DNA of 64,000 bases from an uncultured Actinomycetota bacterium (GCA_963701105.1 OY969565.1:583429-647428); one strand, 5' to 3'. Counted from the stretch's first letter, positions 10,697-21,257 are shown. Translations and numbers: made by a program. Notes: generated from the sequence alone by a model not told the origin.

Positions 10697-11406
10697 GTCC
10701 ACGGCTGCAGCGTGTGCTGGCCTCGGCCGGCCTCGGCTCGCGGCGCTCGTGCGAGAACCTTATCCGCGAAGGTCGTGTGACCGTCGACGGCCGCGTGGCC
10801 GAATTGGGCTCGTCGGTCGATCCCGAACGACAGACCGTCCTCGTCGACGGCGTGCCTATCCGGCTGGAGGCTCCCGAGTACTGGGTCCTCAACAAGCCCA
10901 AAGGGGTCGTTTCCACGGCAAAAGACCCGCAAGGACGGCGAACGGTGGTAGACTGCGTGCCTACCGCCGCCCGGATCTTTCCGGTGGGGCGACTCGACGT
11001 GGACACTACCGGGGTACTGCTGCTCACGAACGACGGCGAGTTGGCGTACCGTCTGCTCCACCCGAGTTTCGGCGTAGAGAAGGAGTACGAAGCGGTGGTG
11101 ATGGGTCGGTTGACCGGAGCCACAGCCGCCCGGTTGGCTCGAGGTATCGAGTTGGAGGACGGCGTCACGGCCCCCGCCTTGGTCGAAGTGACATCCACGG
11201 ACCCCGGGCGGAGTGAGCTGCGGCTCCGCATCCACGAGGGCAAGAACCGTCAGGTCCGGCGGATGCTGGAGAGCGTCGGGCATCCGGTGGTCCAGTTGCA
11301 TCGGGCGCGCTTCGGCTCGTTGGCGGACGAAGGCCTGAGGGCGGGCGAAGCACGGCCGCTGAGCGCAGAAGAGGTCGAGAGACTACGAGGTCTGGTCCAC
11401 GTGTAG
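10693..11406 (+). CDS. rluB: 23S rRNA pseudouridine synthase (S4 + RsuA/RluB domain)
   Basis: RLQRVLASAGLGSRR, LNKPKG, PVGRLDVDTTG, HEGKNRQVRRM. Confidence 0.92.
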   Translation: MSPRLQRVLASAGLGSRRSCENLIREGRVTVDGRVAELGSSVDPERQTVLVDGVPIRLEAPEYWVLNKPKGVVSTAKDPQGRRTVVDCVPTAARIFPVGRLDVDTTGVLLLTNDGELAYRLLHPSFGVEKEYEAVVMGRLTGATAARLARGIELEDGVTAPALVEVTSTDPGRSELRLRIHEGKNRQVRRMLESVGHPVVQLHRARFGSLADEGLRAGEARPLSAEEVERLRGLVHV

Positions 11407-11446
11407 GGTGGGTCCGTAAGCGCCTCGCACCAGAACGGGATGGATC

Positions 11447-12553
11447 ATGAGACTTAACAAGGCGCTGGAGTCGCTGACCGCCTACTCAGGCGGACCGCCG
11501 ATGCGCTCCCTCCTCGATCGATACGGCTTGGACAGAGTCGTCATGCTGGGAGCGAATGAGTGTCCGGAAGGTCCTTTTCCGGAGGTGCTCGAGGCGCTCG
11601 AGGCCGCGCTGCCGTCGCTCAACCGCTACCCGGACGGTTCGTGTGACGATCTCAAGGCGGCCTTGTCTGAGCGTCTGGGGGTGCCGGGTCAGCAGCTGGT
11701 TTTCGGCAACGGTTCCTGCGAGTTGTTGATGCTTCTTGGCGAAGCTTTGATCGCGCCCGGCGAGCACATGGTGTTCGCGGAGCCTTCGTTCGTGGTCTAC
11801 CGAGCGATAGCGCTGGCCCGGCAGGCGGCGTTTCAGGCAGTCCCGCTGCGGGAGCACGTCCATGACCTGGAGACGATGGCCGCCTCCATCCGCCCGGACA
11901 CGCGTCTCGCGATCGTGTGCGAACCGAACAATCCTACGGGCACCTACGCGGGCCCCCGGGCTCTTCGTCGATTCATGGATTCGGTCCCGCCTGAGGTCGT
12001 AGTGGTGTTCGATGAGGCCTACACCGAGTACGTCACGCACCCCGAGCACGAGGACACCATCCCCTGGATGGAGGACTATCCGAATCTGGTGGTGCTGCGC
12101 ACCTTCTCAAAGATCTACGGCCTGGCGGGCATGCGCATAGGGTACGGGGTCTTCCCTTCAGAACTGGCTGAGGCATTGAACAAACTGAGGCAGCCCTACA
12201 ACGTCACGAGTCTCGCTCAGGTGGCGGCATCAGAGGCACTGCGCCACCCTGCGCGCGTGGGCGAACGCCGGGAGCACGCTCGCAGCGAGTGCGGGCGGTT
12301 GTCTCGGGAACTGGAAGGCATGGGGGTGGCCACCGTCCCCAGCCAGGCGAACTTCATGCTCGTGAACGTGGAGGGACTCTCTGTGCCGCCTGAAGAGGTG
12401 CCGCAGGCCTTGCTCCAAAGAGGCGTGGTGGTCCGTTCCGGATGGGGGATCGGTTGCCCCGGCTGGATGCGGGTGACGGTCGGGACTGTCGATGAGGACG
12501 ATCTCTTCCTGGACGTGATGAGGGATCTGGCCGGCAAGGAGGGCCAGCAGTGA
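11447..12553 (+). CDS. hisC: Histidinol-phosphate / aromatic aminotransferase
   Basis: NRYPD, GNGS, PNNPTG, DEAY, RTFSKIYGLAGMRIGY. Confidence 0.93.
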   Translation: MRLNKALESLTAYSGGPPMRSLLDRYGLDRVVMLGANECPEGPFPEVLEALEAALPSLNRYPDGSCDDLKAALSERLGVPGQQLVFGNGSCELLMLLGEALIAPGEHMVFAEPSFVVYRAIALARQAAFQAVPLREHVHDLETMAASIRPDTRLAIVCEPNNPTGTYAGPRALRRFMDSVPPEVVVVFDEAYTEYVTHPEHEDTIPWMEDYPNLVVLRTFSKIYGLAGMRIGYGVFPSELAEALNKLRQPYNVTSLAQVAASEALRHPARVGERREHARSECGRLSRELEGMGVATVPSQANFMLVNVEGLSVPPEEVPQALLQRGVVVRSGWGIGCPGWMRVTVGTVDEDDLFLDVMRDLAGKEGQQ

Positions 12554-13596
12554 GCCTGCTCGAAGCCGGCAGCATCGAGATGATGATCGTCATGCGAGAG
12601 GGCGCGACCCAACAGGAGGTCGAGCACGTGCTCGAACGCCTGGCCGACGCGGGAGCCCGTGGCCATGTCTCCACCGGCGACGTCGTCACCGTGATAGGGG
12701 TCATAGGAGACCGGGAAGTGATAGCGGGTATCCCCTTGGAGGCCTTCGTCGGGGTCGACAAGGTCCTGCCCATCCTCAGACCCTACAAGCTCGTGAGCCG
12801 GGAGTTCCGGCGCACGGACACCGTCATCGAGGTGGGTGCCGGGAAGATCGGTGGAAACCACGTAGGACTTATCGCGGGCCCGTGCTCCGTCGAGAGCCGG
12901 GAACAGCTCCTTTCGGCGGCGAGGTACGTGAAGGAGGCGGGCGCTTCCATGCTGCGCGGCGGTGCCTTCAAACCCCGCACGTCGCCCTATGCCTTCCAGG
13001 GGCTTGGGATAGAAGCCCTGGAGATACTGGCCGAGGCGCGTGAAGAGACCGGGCTCCCTGTGGTCACCGAGTTGATGGACCCGCGCCATCTGGAAGCCGT
13101 GGCCGAGTACGCCGATGTCATCCAGATCGGGGCTCGTAACATGCAGAACTTCTACCTGCTGTCCGCAGTGGGGGAGGTCGACCGCCCGATCCTGTTGAAG
13201 CGCGGACTTTCCGCCACCATCGATGAATTGCTCATGGCCGCCGAGTACATCGCGAACGCCGGGAACAGCCGAGTCATCCTGTGCGAACGCGGCATCCGTA
13301 CCTTCGAGACGGCCACACGCAACACCCTGGACCTCTCGGCGGTCCCGATCATCAAGCAGCGTTCACATCTTCCCGTGATCGTTGATCCAAGCCACGCCAC
13401 CGGTAAAGTGGATCTGGTAGAGCCACTGTCGCTTGCCGCCTTGGCCGCGGGGGCCGACGGACTCCTCATCGAGTCGCATCCGGTGCCCGAAGCGGCGCTC
13501 TGCGATGGCGGCCAGTCGTTGAATCCACGGGAGTTCGTGCGTACGGCCAACCGCATACGCGAGTTGGCCGCCTGGCTTGGTAAGTCGATGGGCTGA
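12550..13596 (+). CDS. aroF: DAHP synthase (type I-beta, N-terminal regulatory domain)
   Basis: IAGPCSVES, RGGAFKPRTSPY, QIGARNMQN, LKRG, CERGIRT, DPSH. Confidence 0.95.
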   Translation: MSLLEAGSIEMMIVMREGATQQEVEHVLERLADAGARGHVSTGDVVTVIGVIGDREVIAGIPLEAFVGVDKVLPILRPYKLVSREFRRTDTVIEVGAGKIGGNHVGLIAGPCSVESREQLLSAARYVKEAGASMLRGGAFKPRTSPYAFQGLGIEALEILAEAREETGLPVVTELMDPRHLEAVAEYADVIQIGARNMQNFYLLSAVGEVDRPILLKRGLSATIDELLMAAEYIANAGNSRVILCERGIRTFETATRNTLDLSAVPIIKQRSHLPVIVDPSHATGKVDLVEPLSLAALAAGADGLLIESHPVPEAALCDGGQSLNPREFVRTANRIRELAAWLGKSMG

Positions 13597-13600
13597 AGTA

Positions 13601-14737
13601 GTGCATCTCACCGGTGAGGCCGGAGTTGTTCGCACGCTCGCGATAGTGGGGGTGGGGCTCATGGGCGGCAGCTTGGCGCTCGCCGCCCGCCAACGGGGGC
13701 AGGTGCGAGAGGTGCGCGGCTACGATAGCGACCCTCGCAGCCTCGACGACGCGCTGGCCGGCGGCGTGATCACCCGGCGCTGCGCCTCAGTGGCAGAGGC
13801 CGCCGCCGGAGCAGATCTCGTCGTGGTGTGCACTCCGGTGCGCCTGATTCCCGCGCTGGTAGAAGAGGCGGCGGCGGCGCAGCCGCCGCCGCACATGATC
13901 AGCGACATCGGCAGCACTAAGGCGACTCTGCTCGGGCGGCTCTCCGCCCGAGCACGTCCCCTCTTCATCGGCGGGCACCCTGTCTGCGGAGCGGAGACCA
14001 GCGGGGTGCGTTTCGCGAGGCCCGATCTGTTCGAGCGCGCCACCTACTTCCTCTGTCCCTCCGACGACGTGTCTCCCGATATGCATGAGGCGCTCCACAC
14101 CTGGGTGGCAGGCCTCGGGGCGAGACCGGTGGTCATCGGTGCCGAAGCCCACGACCGCATCATGGCTCTGGTCAGTCACGTCCCTCACGTGCTGGCGAAC
14201 GTGCTGATGTCGGAGGTGGGTGGCTTCGAGGCTTCGGGTCGCAGGGCCCTCTACTCGGTGGGTCCGAGCTTCAAGGACCTCACGCGGGTCGCGGGAGCCA
14301 ACCCCGCCATGTGGAGCGATATCTTCCTGGACAATCGAGACGCGCTCGTCTCCTCGCTGAAGAGCATAGCGGCCGACGTCATGCTCTTGTGCGAGCATCT
14401 ACGCGACGGCGACGAGGCACAGATCGCCAAAGGCATCGACAAAGCGGCGGCCTACCGGCGAGAACTCCTCCAATACGAGGATATCGTCCCGGAGACCCTG
14501 TATCAGATCACCGTGCGCATACCGGACGAACCCGGAGTCCTCTCTCGAGTGATGACGGCACTCGGCAACGCCAACATCAACATCGAGGACCTGACGCTGC
14601 ATCACTTCAGTCGCTCCGTCGGTGGAGATCTGGTGTTGTACGTCAGCGGCGAAGAGGAAGCGGACACGGCTCGGGGACTGGTGGAAGCTCTGGGCTACCC
14701 CGTTGTCGTCACCTTCACGGGTACCATCAGTGCCTGA
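13601..14737 (+). CDS. tyrA: Prephenate dehydrogenase with C-terminal ACT domain
   Basis: GVGLMGGSLA, DIGSTK, GGHP, HD...SHVPH, DLTRVA; ACT motif IPDEPGVL..NINI; start approximate. Confidence 0.92.
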   Translation: MHLTGEAGVVRTLAIVGVGLMGGSLALAARQRGQVREVRGYDSDPRSLDDALAGGVITRRCASVAEAAAGADLVVVCTPVRLIPALVEEAAAAQPPPHMISDIGSTKATLLGRLSARARPLFIGGHPVCGAETSGVRFARPDLFERATYFLCPSDDVSPDMHEALHTWVAGLGARPVVIGAEAHDRIMALVSHVPHVLANVLMSEVGGFEASGRRALYSVGPSFKDLTRVAGANPAMWSDIFLDNRDALVSSLKSIAADVMLLCEHLRDGDEAQIAKGIDKAAAYRRELLQYEDIVPETLYQITVRIPDEPGVLSRVMTALGNANINIEDLTLHHFSRSVGGDLVLYVSGEEEADTARGLVEALGYPVVVTFTGTISA

Positions 14738-16058
14738 GTGGGTCCGGTTCGAGCCGGCCAAGGAGGGTCTCCTGGGGACCGTCACCGTCCCCGGTGACAA
14801 GTCGGTGTCGCACCGGGCTCTTCTTCTTGGCTCCGTGGCCCGTAGCCCGGTCGTGGTGCGGGGATTCCTGCCCTCCGCCGACACCCTGGCCACCCTCGAC
14901 GCGGTACGCGCTCTCGGAGTCCGGGTGGAGGTACAGAGCCCCACCGAGGTGGTGGTCCACGGAGTCGGCTGGGAGGGACTCCAGGAGCCGGACGACGTCA
15001 TAGACGTGAGCAATGCCGGCACTCTTATGCGACTTCTCCCGGGTCTCGTGGCCGGCAGGCCGTTCCTCACGGTGCTGACCGGCGACGCCAGCATCCGCAG
15101 ACGCCCCATGGCACGCGTCCTCGAGCCGCTGGCGGCGATGGGCGCTGCCGTGTGGGGCCGAAACGGAGGTTCGCTGCCTCCCATAGGCATTCTCGGGGGC
15201 GCCCTCCGAGGCATCTCACACCGGCTTACCGTCGCATCCGCGCAGGTGAAGTCCTGTCTCCTCCTGGCGGGGCTGCAGGCTGAGGGCGACACCGAGGTGG
15301 TGGAGCCGGCCGAGACTCGCGACCACACGGAACGGATGATCCGAGCCGCCGGTGGCGCGGTGGAGCGTCTCCACCTGGAGGGCGGAGCGGTGAGCGTGAA
15401 GGTCCGGCGTCTGGAAGTGCCATCTCTGGACCTGGTGGATGTGCCGGGAGACTTCAGTTCGGCTGCTTTCCTGATCGTCGCGGCACTGCTGGTCCCGGGT
15501 TCTGACATCACCATCCAGGGAGTGGGACTCAATCCTACACGCACGGCCCTGCTCGCCGTTCTGGAGCGGATGGAGGCGAGCATCACCATTACCGTGGACG
15601 CAGCCGAGGGAGTGGAACCGCGCGGGGAGATCAGGGCACGTACCAGCGACCTCAGTGCCGTGGACATCGACGCGCTCGAGGTCCCACTTCTCATCGACGA
15701 ACTGCCCATCTGGGCGCTTGCCGCTGCCCGGGCACGAGGCACGTCGCGTCTGCGGGGTGCTGCGGAGTTGCGGGTCAAGGAGAGCGATCGCTTGGCCGGC
15801 GTCGCCGCTCTCCTCCGCGCTCTCGGAGTAGAGGTGCAGGACGTCCCCGACGGATGGGATATCTATGGACGCCCCGATGGGTGGGACGGAGGAGCGGTGC
15901 GCACGTATGGAGACCACCGGCTCGCCATGGCGGGAGCCGTGGCCGGCCTGGCTTCGCGCGACGGAGTGGTGCTGGACGAGGCCGACTGCGTATCTGTGTC
16001 TTTCCCCGGGTTCGCTGCTACCATTGCGCAACTGCGAACGTTCGGGGGAAGGGCATGA
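14730..16058 (+). CDS. aroA: EPSP synthase
   Basis: PGDKSVSHRA, NAGTLMRL, RRPM, ASAQVKS, RDHTERM, ELRVKESDR, DHRLAM. Confidence 0.96.
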   Translation: MPEWVRFEPAKEGLLGTVTVPGDKSVSHRALLLGSVARSPVVVRGFLPSADTLATLDAVRALGVRVEVQSPTEVVVHGVGWEGLQEPDDVIDVSNAGTLMRLLPGLVAGRPFLTVLTGDASIRRRPMARVLEPLAAMGAAVWGRNGGSLPPIGILGGALRGISHRLTVASAQVKSCLLLAGLQAEGDTEVVEPAETRDHTERMIRAAGGAVERLHLEGGAVSVKVRRLEVPSLDLVDVPGDFSSAAFLIVAALLVPGSDITIQGVGLNPTRTALLAVLERMEASITITVDAAEGVEPRGEIRARTSDLSAVDIDALEVPLLIDELPIWALAAARARGTSRLRGAAELRVKESDRLAGVAALLRALGVEVQDVPDGWDIYGRPDGWDGGAVRTYGDHRLAMAGAVAGLASRDGVVLDEADCVSVSFPGFAATIAQLRTFGGRA

Positions 16059-16738
16059 TCATAGCGATCGATGGGCCTGCCGGGTCAGGCAAGAGCACGA
16101 TCGCGCAAGCGGTCGCCGCCCGCCTAGGCCTCACCTTTCTGGACACGGGGGCCATGTATCGGGCAGTCACCCTGCTGGCGTTGGAGAAGGGTGTTTCACT
16201 TGACGACGATGACGCCCTGGGGGCTCTCGCTCTCGACCTGGAATTCGAGTTCTCTCAAGGGCTGAACGGCGAGATCGGGGTGCGGGTGGACGGAAGAGAT
16301 GTCACCGAGGAGATCAGAGGTCCGTCGGTGAGCCAGAAAGTCTCGTTCGTCGCCGCTCATCGGAAGGTGCGCAACGCCCTCACGATCCGACAGCGCAAGG
16401 CCGCCGAAAGCGGCGATCTCGTTCTCGAAGGAAGGGACATCGGCACCGTGGTGTGCCCCATGGCCGACGTGAAGATATACCTCACCGCCTCTGCAGAGGC
16501 ACGTGCCGAGCGTCGCAGACGGCAACTCGAGGAGCAGGGCATCTGCATCTCTGCGAAAACGCTGCAACGGGAGCTGCTCCTCCGTGACAGTCACGATTCG
16601 GGCAGGGCGCTCGCCCCGCTCAAGAAAGCCAGGGACGCGATCCAGATCGACACGACTGATATGAGCGTAGAGGACGTGGTGGAGAGGATAGTGGCCGTGG
16701 CGGCCGGCGTCCCTCGGAGCGAGGATCCCGGGTGCTGA
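16055..16738 (+). CDS. cmk: Cytidylate kinase
   Basis: MIIAIDGPAGSGKST, LDTGAMYRA, EGRDIGTVV. Confidence 0.96.
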   Translation: MIIAIDGPAGSGKSTIAQAVAARLGLTFLDTGAMYRAVTLLALEKGVSLDDDDALGALALDLEFEFSQGLNGEIGVRVDGRDVTEEIRGPSVSQKVSFVAAHRKVRNALTIRQRKAAESGDLVLEGRDIGTVVCPMADVKIYLTASAEARAERRRRQLEEQGICISAKTLQRELLLRDSHDSGRALAPLKKARDAIQIDTTDMSVEDVVERIVAVAAGVPRSEDPGC

Positions 16739-17382
16739 AGAAGGGGCCGTTGGATACGACGCTCTACCGCGTGATCTGGTTGGCCATCTTCGGTCCTTTT
16801 CGCCTGTCCTTCCGTATGCGCATCTCCGGGCTCGAGCACATTCCTCCGGAGGGACCGGTGGTCTTCGCTTCCAACCACCTCTCCAACCTCGACCCCATCT
16901 TCCTCGGTGAAGCGGCTAACCGACAGATCCACTTCATGGCGAAGTCGAGCCTCTGGTCGTTCGGGCCGCTGGGGAAGCTCGTAGAGGCCCTAGGCGCCTT
17001 CCCGGTGAGGCGTGGCGAGGCGGATAGAGAGGCCATCCGCACCGCCATCTCCTACCTCGACGCCGGAGCGGGGGTGGGCATCTTCGCTGAGGGCACCAGA
17101 CAACTGCACGGACGCCTTGGGGATCCTCAGCCCGGTTTCGCTCTGCTGGCCTTGCGGAAGGGGGTCGTGACCATCCCCGTGGTGCTCACTGGGACGGACC
17201 GCATCGGCCGTCGTCGCCTGCCTCGATTCAGCAAGGTCACGGTGACGTTCGGAGCGCCTCTCGACGTCGATACGTCGGGCATGGTCAAAGGTGATCGTCA
17301 CGATGAGATAGGGCGCCGACTCAAGCAGGCGTGGACCCTCATGCTGGGCGACATGGCGGGCACCGGAACGAGATCGCGTTGA
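16732..17382 (+). CDS. plsC: 1-acyl-sn-glycerol-3-phosphate acyltransferase
   Basis: NHLSNLD, FMAK, FPVRR, FAEGTR. Confidence 0.9.
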   Translation: MLKKGPLDTTLYRVIWLAIFGPFRLSFRMRISGLEHIPPEGPVVFASNHLSNLDPIFLGEAANRQIHFMAKSSLWSFGPLGKLVEALGAFPVRRGEADREAIRTAISYLDAGAGVGIFAEGTRQLHGRLGDPQPGFALLALRKGVVTIPVVLTGTDRIGRRRLPRFSKVTVTFGAPLDVDTSGMVKGDRHDEIGRRLKQAWTLMLGDMAGTGTRSR

Positions 17383-18227
17383 GCCGTTTCCGCGTCGTCG
17401 TGGCTTCGGAGGCAGGTTTCTGCTGGGGCGTCGAACGGGCTCTCGAGATAGCCAGAGAAGCCGTGCTGACGGCCCAGGCCCCCATCGACACCTTGGGCCC
17501 TCTCATCCACAACCCGGGGGTGACCCTCGAGTTGGCCGAGCAGGGCATCGGGCTGAGTCACGATGAGGCGGCCAAGACAGCGGGCACGGCCATCATCCGG
17601 TCGCACGGCGTTCCGCGCGAGGTCATCGAGTCTCTCGAAGCGCGGGGCGTGGCCGTGATCGATGCCACCTGCTCCTTCGTCAAGTCCGCCCAGACCAAAG
17701 CCGCCCGTCTGCGGGAGCAGGGCTACCGGGTGGTCGTGCTCGGGGAGCCGGACCATCCGGAAGTCCTGGGCATCCGCTCGTATGCGGGACCGGATTCGGT
17801 GACGGTGCTGGAGCCGGACGACCTGCCCGAGGATCTGGAGGGCCGCCGCGTGGGCGTGGTGGTGCAGACGACGCAGTCTCCCGCGCGGCTGGCTGCTCTC
17901 ACCGCCGCCCTGGCGCCGAGGGTCAGGGAACTGCGCGTGTATAACACCATCTGCAGCGCCACCGAGCGCCGGCAGGAGGCGGCCATCGCCATGGCCGTCG
18001 AGGCCGACGTGGTCCTTGTGGTCGGTGGGCGCTCGTCGGCGAACACCGCCCGCCTGGCGGAGTTGTGCGCGCAGGTCCAGCCGAGCACCTACCACATCGA
18101 GAGTGCCGAGGAGATAGAACCCGCCTGGCTGGACCTGGTGGAGGTAGTGGGCGTGACCGCCGGGGCATCTACGCCGGCCGTTCAGATCGAGCGTGTAGTG
18201 GAACGACTGAGGGAGTTGGGATCGTGA
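17379..18227 (+). CDS. ispH: 4-hydroxy-3-methylbut-2-enyl diphosphate reductase
   Basis: GFCWGVERA, IHN, RSHG, DATC, HPEV, QTT, TICSAT..RQ, SANT, GVTAGAST. Confidence 0.95.
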   Translation: MSRFRVVVASEAGFCWGVERALEIAREAVLTAQAPIDTLGPLIHNPGVTLELAEQGIGLSHDEAAKTAGTAIIRSHGVPREVIESLEARGVAVIDATCSFVKSAQTKAARLREQGYRVVVLGEPDHPEVLGIRSYAGPDSVTVLEPDDLPEDLEGRRVGVVVQTTQSPARLAALTAALAPRVRELRVYNTICSATERRQEAAIAMAVEADVVLVVGGRSSANTARLAELCAQVQPSTYHIESAEEIEPAWLDLVEVVGVTAGASTPAVQIERVVERLRELGS

Positions 18228-19561
18228 GTCTTTCAAGCGCTCTTCCGCGCGTTGCCGTGGTCGGTTACCCCAATGTGGGCAAGTCGACGCTGTTCAACCG
18301 CCTCACCGGCGCGCGCGAAGCCGTGGTGTCTCCCACGGCGGGGGTGACGCGCGATCGAAAGGAGTGTCCGGCGGAGTGGCTGGACCGACGGTTCGTCGTG
18401 GTCGACACCGGAGGTATAGACCTCACGGCGAAGGAGCCACTGTCGGACCAGGTGCGTGACCAAGCGCGCCAAGCCATATCTCTCTCGACCGTCGTGATCT
18501 TCGTCGTCGACGGCAGGAGTGGGGTGGGCCCGCAGGAACATGAGATCGCCCAGATCCTTCGCCGAGGCTCGGTACCCGTCGTCCTGGCAGTGAACAAGAT
18601 CGATAGCCGCGAGGCCGCCGCCAGGGAGAACGAGTTCTGGGAGCTCGGCTTGGGCACGCCGTACGGTATCTCGGCGGAGCACGGACTCGGCATCGGCGAC
18701 CTCCTCGACGCCGTCATCGAAGCGTTGCCTCCGGCAGAGGAGACGGCAGGGGAGACGCCCGAGGCGACCGGGGGCGTGAACGTAGCCATAGTGGGTCGGC
18801 CGAACGTGGGCAAGAGTTCACTGTTGAATGCCCTCCTGGGAGACGAACGCACGATCGTGTCCGCCGTGCCCGGCACCACCCGCGACTCCATCGACACTCC
18901 GTTGGAGTTCGAAGGGCGTCAACTCACGCTGGTGGACACCGCCGGCCTGCGCCGGAGAGGCAAACGCAGCGAGGAAGAAGTCGAGTTCTACAGCTCACTG
19001 CGGACGATCAGGGCGCTGGAGCGGAGCGACGTGGCCTTGGTGCTCATCGATGCGTCGGAGGGCCTGGTGGACCTCGATCTGCAGGTGGCCTACGAGGCGC
19101 AGCGGGCGCGTTGCGCCACCGCCATCCTGTTCAACAAGTGGGACAAATCGGTCGTGGATCTCGACATGACCACGGCCCGCCTCAACGCGAAGGTACAGAT
19201 GCGGCCGCCGTGGCTCACCATCTCCGCGCTCACCGGGCGCAATCTGAACCGCGTGCTCCCGCTCGCCCTCGATCTGCACGATAGATATGCCGCCCGGATC
19301 CCCACAGCCGCCCTCAACCGCTGGTTGGAAGAGGTGAGGGAGCGTAAGGACCCACCGCAGAAGAGGGGGAAGGCGCTCAAGCTGTTCTATGCGGTGCAGT
19401 ACGAGGATTCGCCCCCGCGCTTCAAAGTCATGGTCAATTCCAAGGCCCTCATCACCCGTAGTTACGGCTACTTCTTGGAGAACAGGCTGCGCGACGCCTT
19501 CTCTCTTTGGGGCATTCCTCTCGTCATCGACTTCGAAGGGAAAGAGGAGCGCTATTCGTGA
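18224..19561 (+). CDS. der: Ribosome biogenesis GTPase Der (EngA)
   Basis: Two GTPase domains (GYPNVGKST/DTGG/NKID and GRPNVGKSS/DTAG/NKWD) plus KH-like tail. Confidence 0.96.
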   Translation: MSLSSALPRVAVVGYPNVGKSTLFNRLTGAREAVVSPTAGVTRDRKECPAEWLDRRFVVVDTGGIDLTAKEPLSDQVRDQARQAISLSTVVIFVVDGRSGVGPQEHEIAQILRRGSVPVVLAVNKIDSREAAARENEFWELGLGTPYGISAEHGLGIGDLLDAVIEALPPAEETAGETPEATGGVNVAIVGRPNVGKSSLLNALLGDERTIVSAVPGTTRDSIDTPLEFEGRQLTLVDTAGLRRRGKRSEEEVEFYSSLRTIRALERSDVALVLIDASEGLVDLDLQVAYEAQRARCATAILFNKWDKSVVDLDMTTARLNAKVQMRPPWLTISALTGRNLNRVLPLALDLHDRYAARIPTAALNRWLEEVRERKDPPQKRGKALKLFYAVQYEDSPPRFKVMVNSKALITRSYGYFLENRLRDAFSLWGIPLVIDFEGKEERYS

Positions 19562-20208
19562 CGGAGGCGCTTCTGATCGTGGGGGCATACCTCATTGGGT
19601 CCATCTCCCCGAGCGTGCTCCTCGGGCGCCTCTTCAAGCACGTCGACCTGCGCGAGCACGGTAGCGGCAACGCCGGGACAACCAACGCCTTCCGGGTGCT
19701 GGGAGTCAGACTCGGGCTGGCGGTGCTCTTCGTAGATGTAGTTAAGGGATTCATTCCGGCTATGATCGCCCAGTCCCTGGTGGGACCGACAGCCACCATC
19801 TTCGTGGGCCTCGCGGCCATGGCCGGACACAACTGGTCCATCTTCCTGCGGGGGAGGGGCGGCAAAGGCGTGGCAACCGGGGCAGGGGTCCTGCTCGCGC
19901 TGATGCCCGTCACTGCGGTGGTCCTCGTGGGCGTCTTCGTGGTGGTCTTGTTCACCACCTCCCTGGTATCGTTGGCGTCGTTGTGTGCGGCCGTGATGCT
20001 CATCCCCATGTCGGTGGGCACGGGCAAGCCGCTGCCGTACGTAGTGTTCTCGGTTCTTGCCGCCTCCTTTGTCGTGTACGCTCACCGCGGGAATATCAGG
20101 CGGCTCGTGAGAGGGCGAGAGCCGCGCTCCAAGCTCTCGTGGAGGAGTCTCAGCCGAGTGCCCGCCCGGGACGCCCGCGACGCCGAAAGGAGTAAGCCCG
20201 ATGAGTGA
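19558..20208 (+). CDS. plsY: Glycerol-3-phosphate acyltransferase PlsY
   Basis: YLIGSI, GSGNAGTTN, GHNW..GGKGVAT, HRGNIRRL. Confidence 0.95.
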   Translation: MTEALLIVGAYLIGSISPSVLLGRLFKHVDLREHGSGNAGTTNAFRVLGVRLGLAVLFVDVVKGFIPAMIAQSLVGPTATIFVGLAAMAGHNWSIFLRGRGGKGVATGAGVLLALMPVTAVVLVGVFVVVLFTTSLVSLASLCAAVMLIPMSVGTGKPLPYVVFSVLAASFVVYAHRGNIRRLVRGREPRSKLSWRSLSRVPARDARDAERSKPDE

Positions 20209-20232
20209 GAGCCCCGATGAGTGAGAGCCCCG
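20201..20232 (+). repeat. Perfect 16-bp tandem duplication ATGAGTGAGAGCCCCG at the plsY/gpsA junction
   Basis: 20201-20216 is identical to 20217-20232. Confidence 0.9.
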
Positions 20233-21257
20233 AGCTGGCGCCCAGGGAAGGGGACACCCTCAGGGTGGCGGTCGTGGGCTCCGGGAGTTGGGGCACGGCG
20301 ATGGCGCGCCACCTCGCTCTTCTGGGCCTACGCACCCGTCTCCTCGGACGTCGTGCGGAACAGGCCGAGGCCATCCGCGCGACCGGCAGGAACCCCTCGT
20401 ACCTTCGCGATACGCAGCTGCCTCCTTCCCTGGACGCCGGAGTCTACACGGAGGGGAGCCTCGAAGACGTAGATCTCGTCGTCATGGCGGTCCCCAGCAA
20501 GGGGTACGCTGCGGTGGCCGACTCCTTGGTCGATCGATTGCCTCAGGGCGTGAACGTCCTCAGCCTCACGAAAGGCGTGGAGCCGGGCTCCCTGCGCAGA
20601 TTCAGCGTGTTGCTGGCAGACGTGTGGGGTCACCTCGAGCCGAGGATCGCCGTGCTGGCGGGGCCTAACCACGCCGAGGAGGTGTCCCTTGACCAGCCTA
20701 CGGCCACCGTGATCGCGTCTTCGGACCTCGATTACGCAGAGTCATTGCAGCTTCTCCTGTCCAACGAGAACTTCCGAGCCTACGTCAACCACGATCTCGT
20801 CGGAGTGGAACTTGCCGGCGCCGTCAAGAACGTCATCGCTCTGGCCACAGGGATGGGGGACGGGATAGGGTACGGCGACAACGTCCGTGCCGCCTTGATC
20901 ACGCGTGGCCTCGCCGAGATGGCGCGCTTGGGCGTGGCCTTGGGCGCCGAGCAGCTCACGTTCGCCGGTCTCGCAGGCCTGGGAGACCTGGTGGCCACGT
21001 GCACCTCCCACCACAGTCGGAACCGCCTCGCCGGAGAACTCATCGCCCTCGGGCACTCGCCCTCCGAGGTCGAGCAGGAGATGGGCATGGTGGCCGAAGG
21101 TCTCACGGCCGCCCCGGCTATCCTCGCGCTGGCAGATGAATTCGGGGTAGACATGCCCATCACCCGCAACGTCGTCGCCGTCGTCTACGAGCAGAAGTCG
21201 GTGCAGGAGTGCGTGGCCGATCTCATGTCGCGGGAGCCGCGCACCGAGCGACATTGA
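20217..21257 (+). CDS. gpsA: NAD(P)H-dependent glycerol-3-phosphate dehydrogenase
   Basis: GSGSWGTA, TKG, GPNHA, KNVIA, GLGDLVATC.S.HSRN. Confidence 0.95.
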   Translation: MSESPELAPREGDTLRVAVVGSGSWGTAMARHLALLGLRTRLLGRRAEQAEAIRATGRNPSYLRDTQLPPSLDAGVYTEGSLEDVDLVVMAVPSKGYAAVADSLVDRLPQGVNVLSLTKGVEPGSLRRFSVLLADVWGHLEPRIAVLAGPNHAEEVSLDQPTATVIASSDLDYAESLQLLLSNENFRAYVNHDLVGVELAGAVKNVIALATGMGDGIGYGDNVRAALITRGLAEMARLGVALGAEQLTFAGLAGLGDLVATCTSHHSRNRLAGELIALGHSPSEVEQEMGMVAEGLTAAPAILALADEFGVDMPITRNVVAVVYEQKSVQECVADLMSREPRTERH

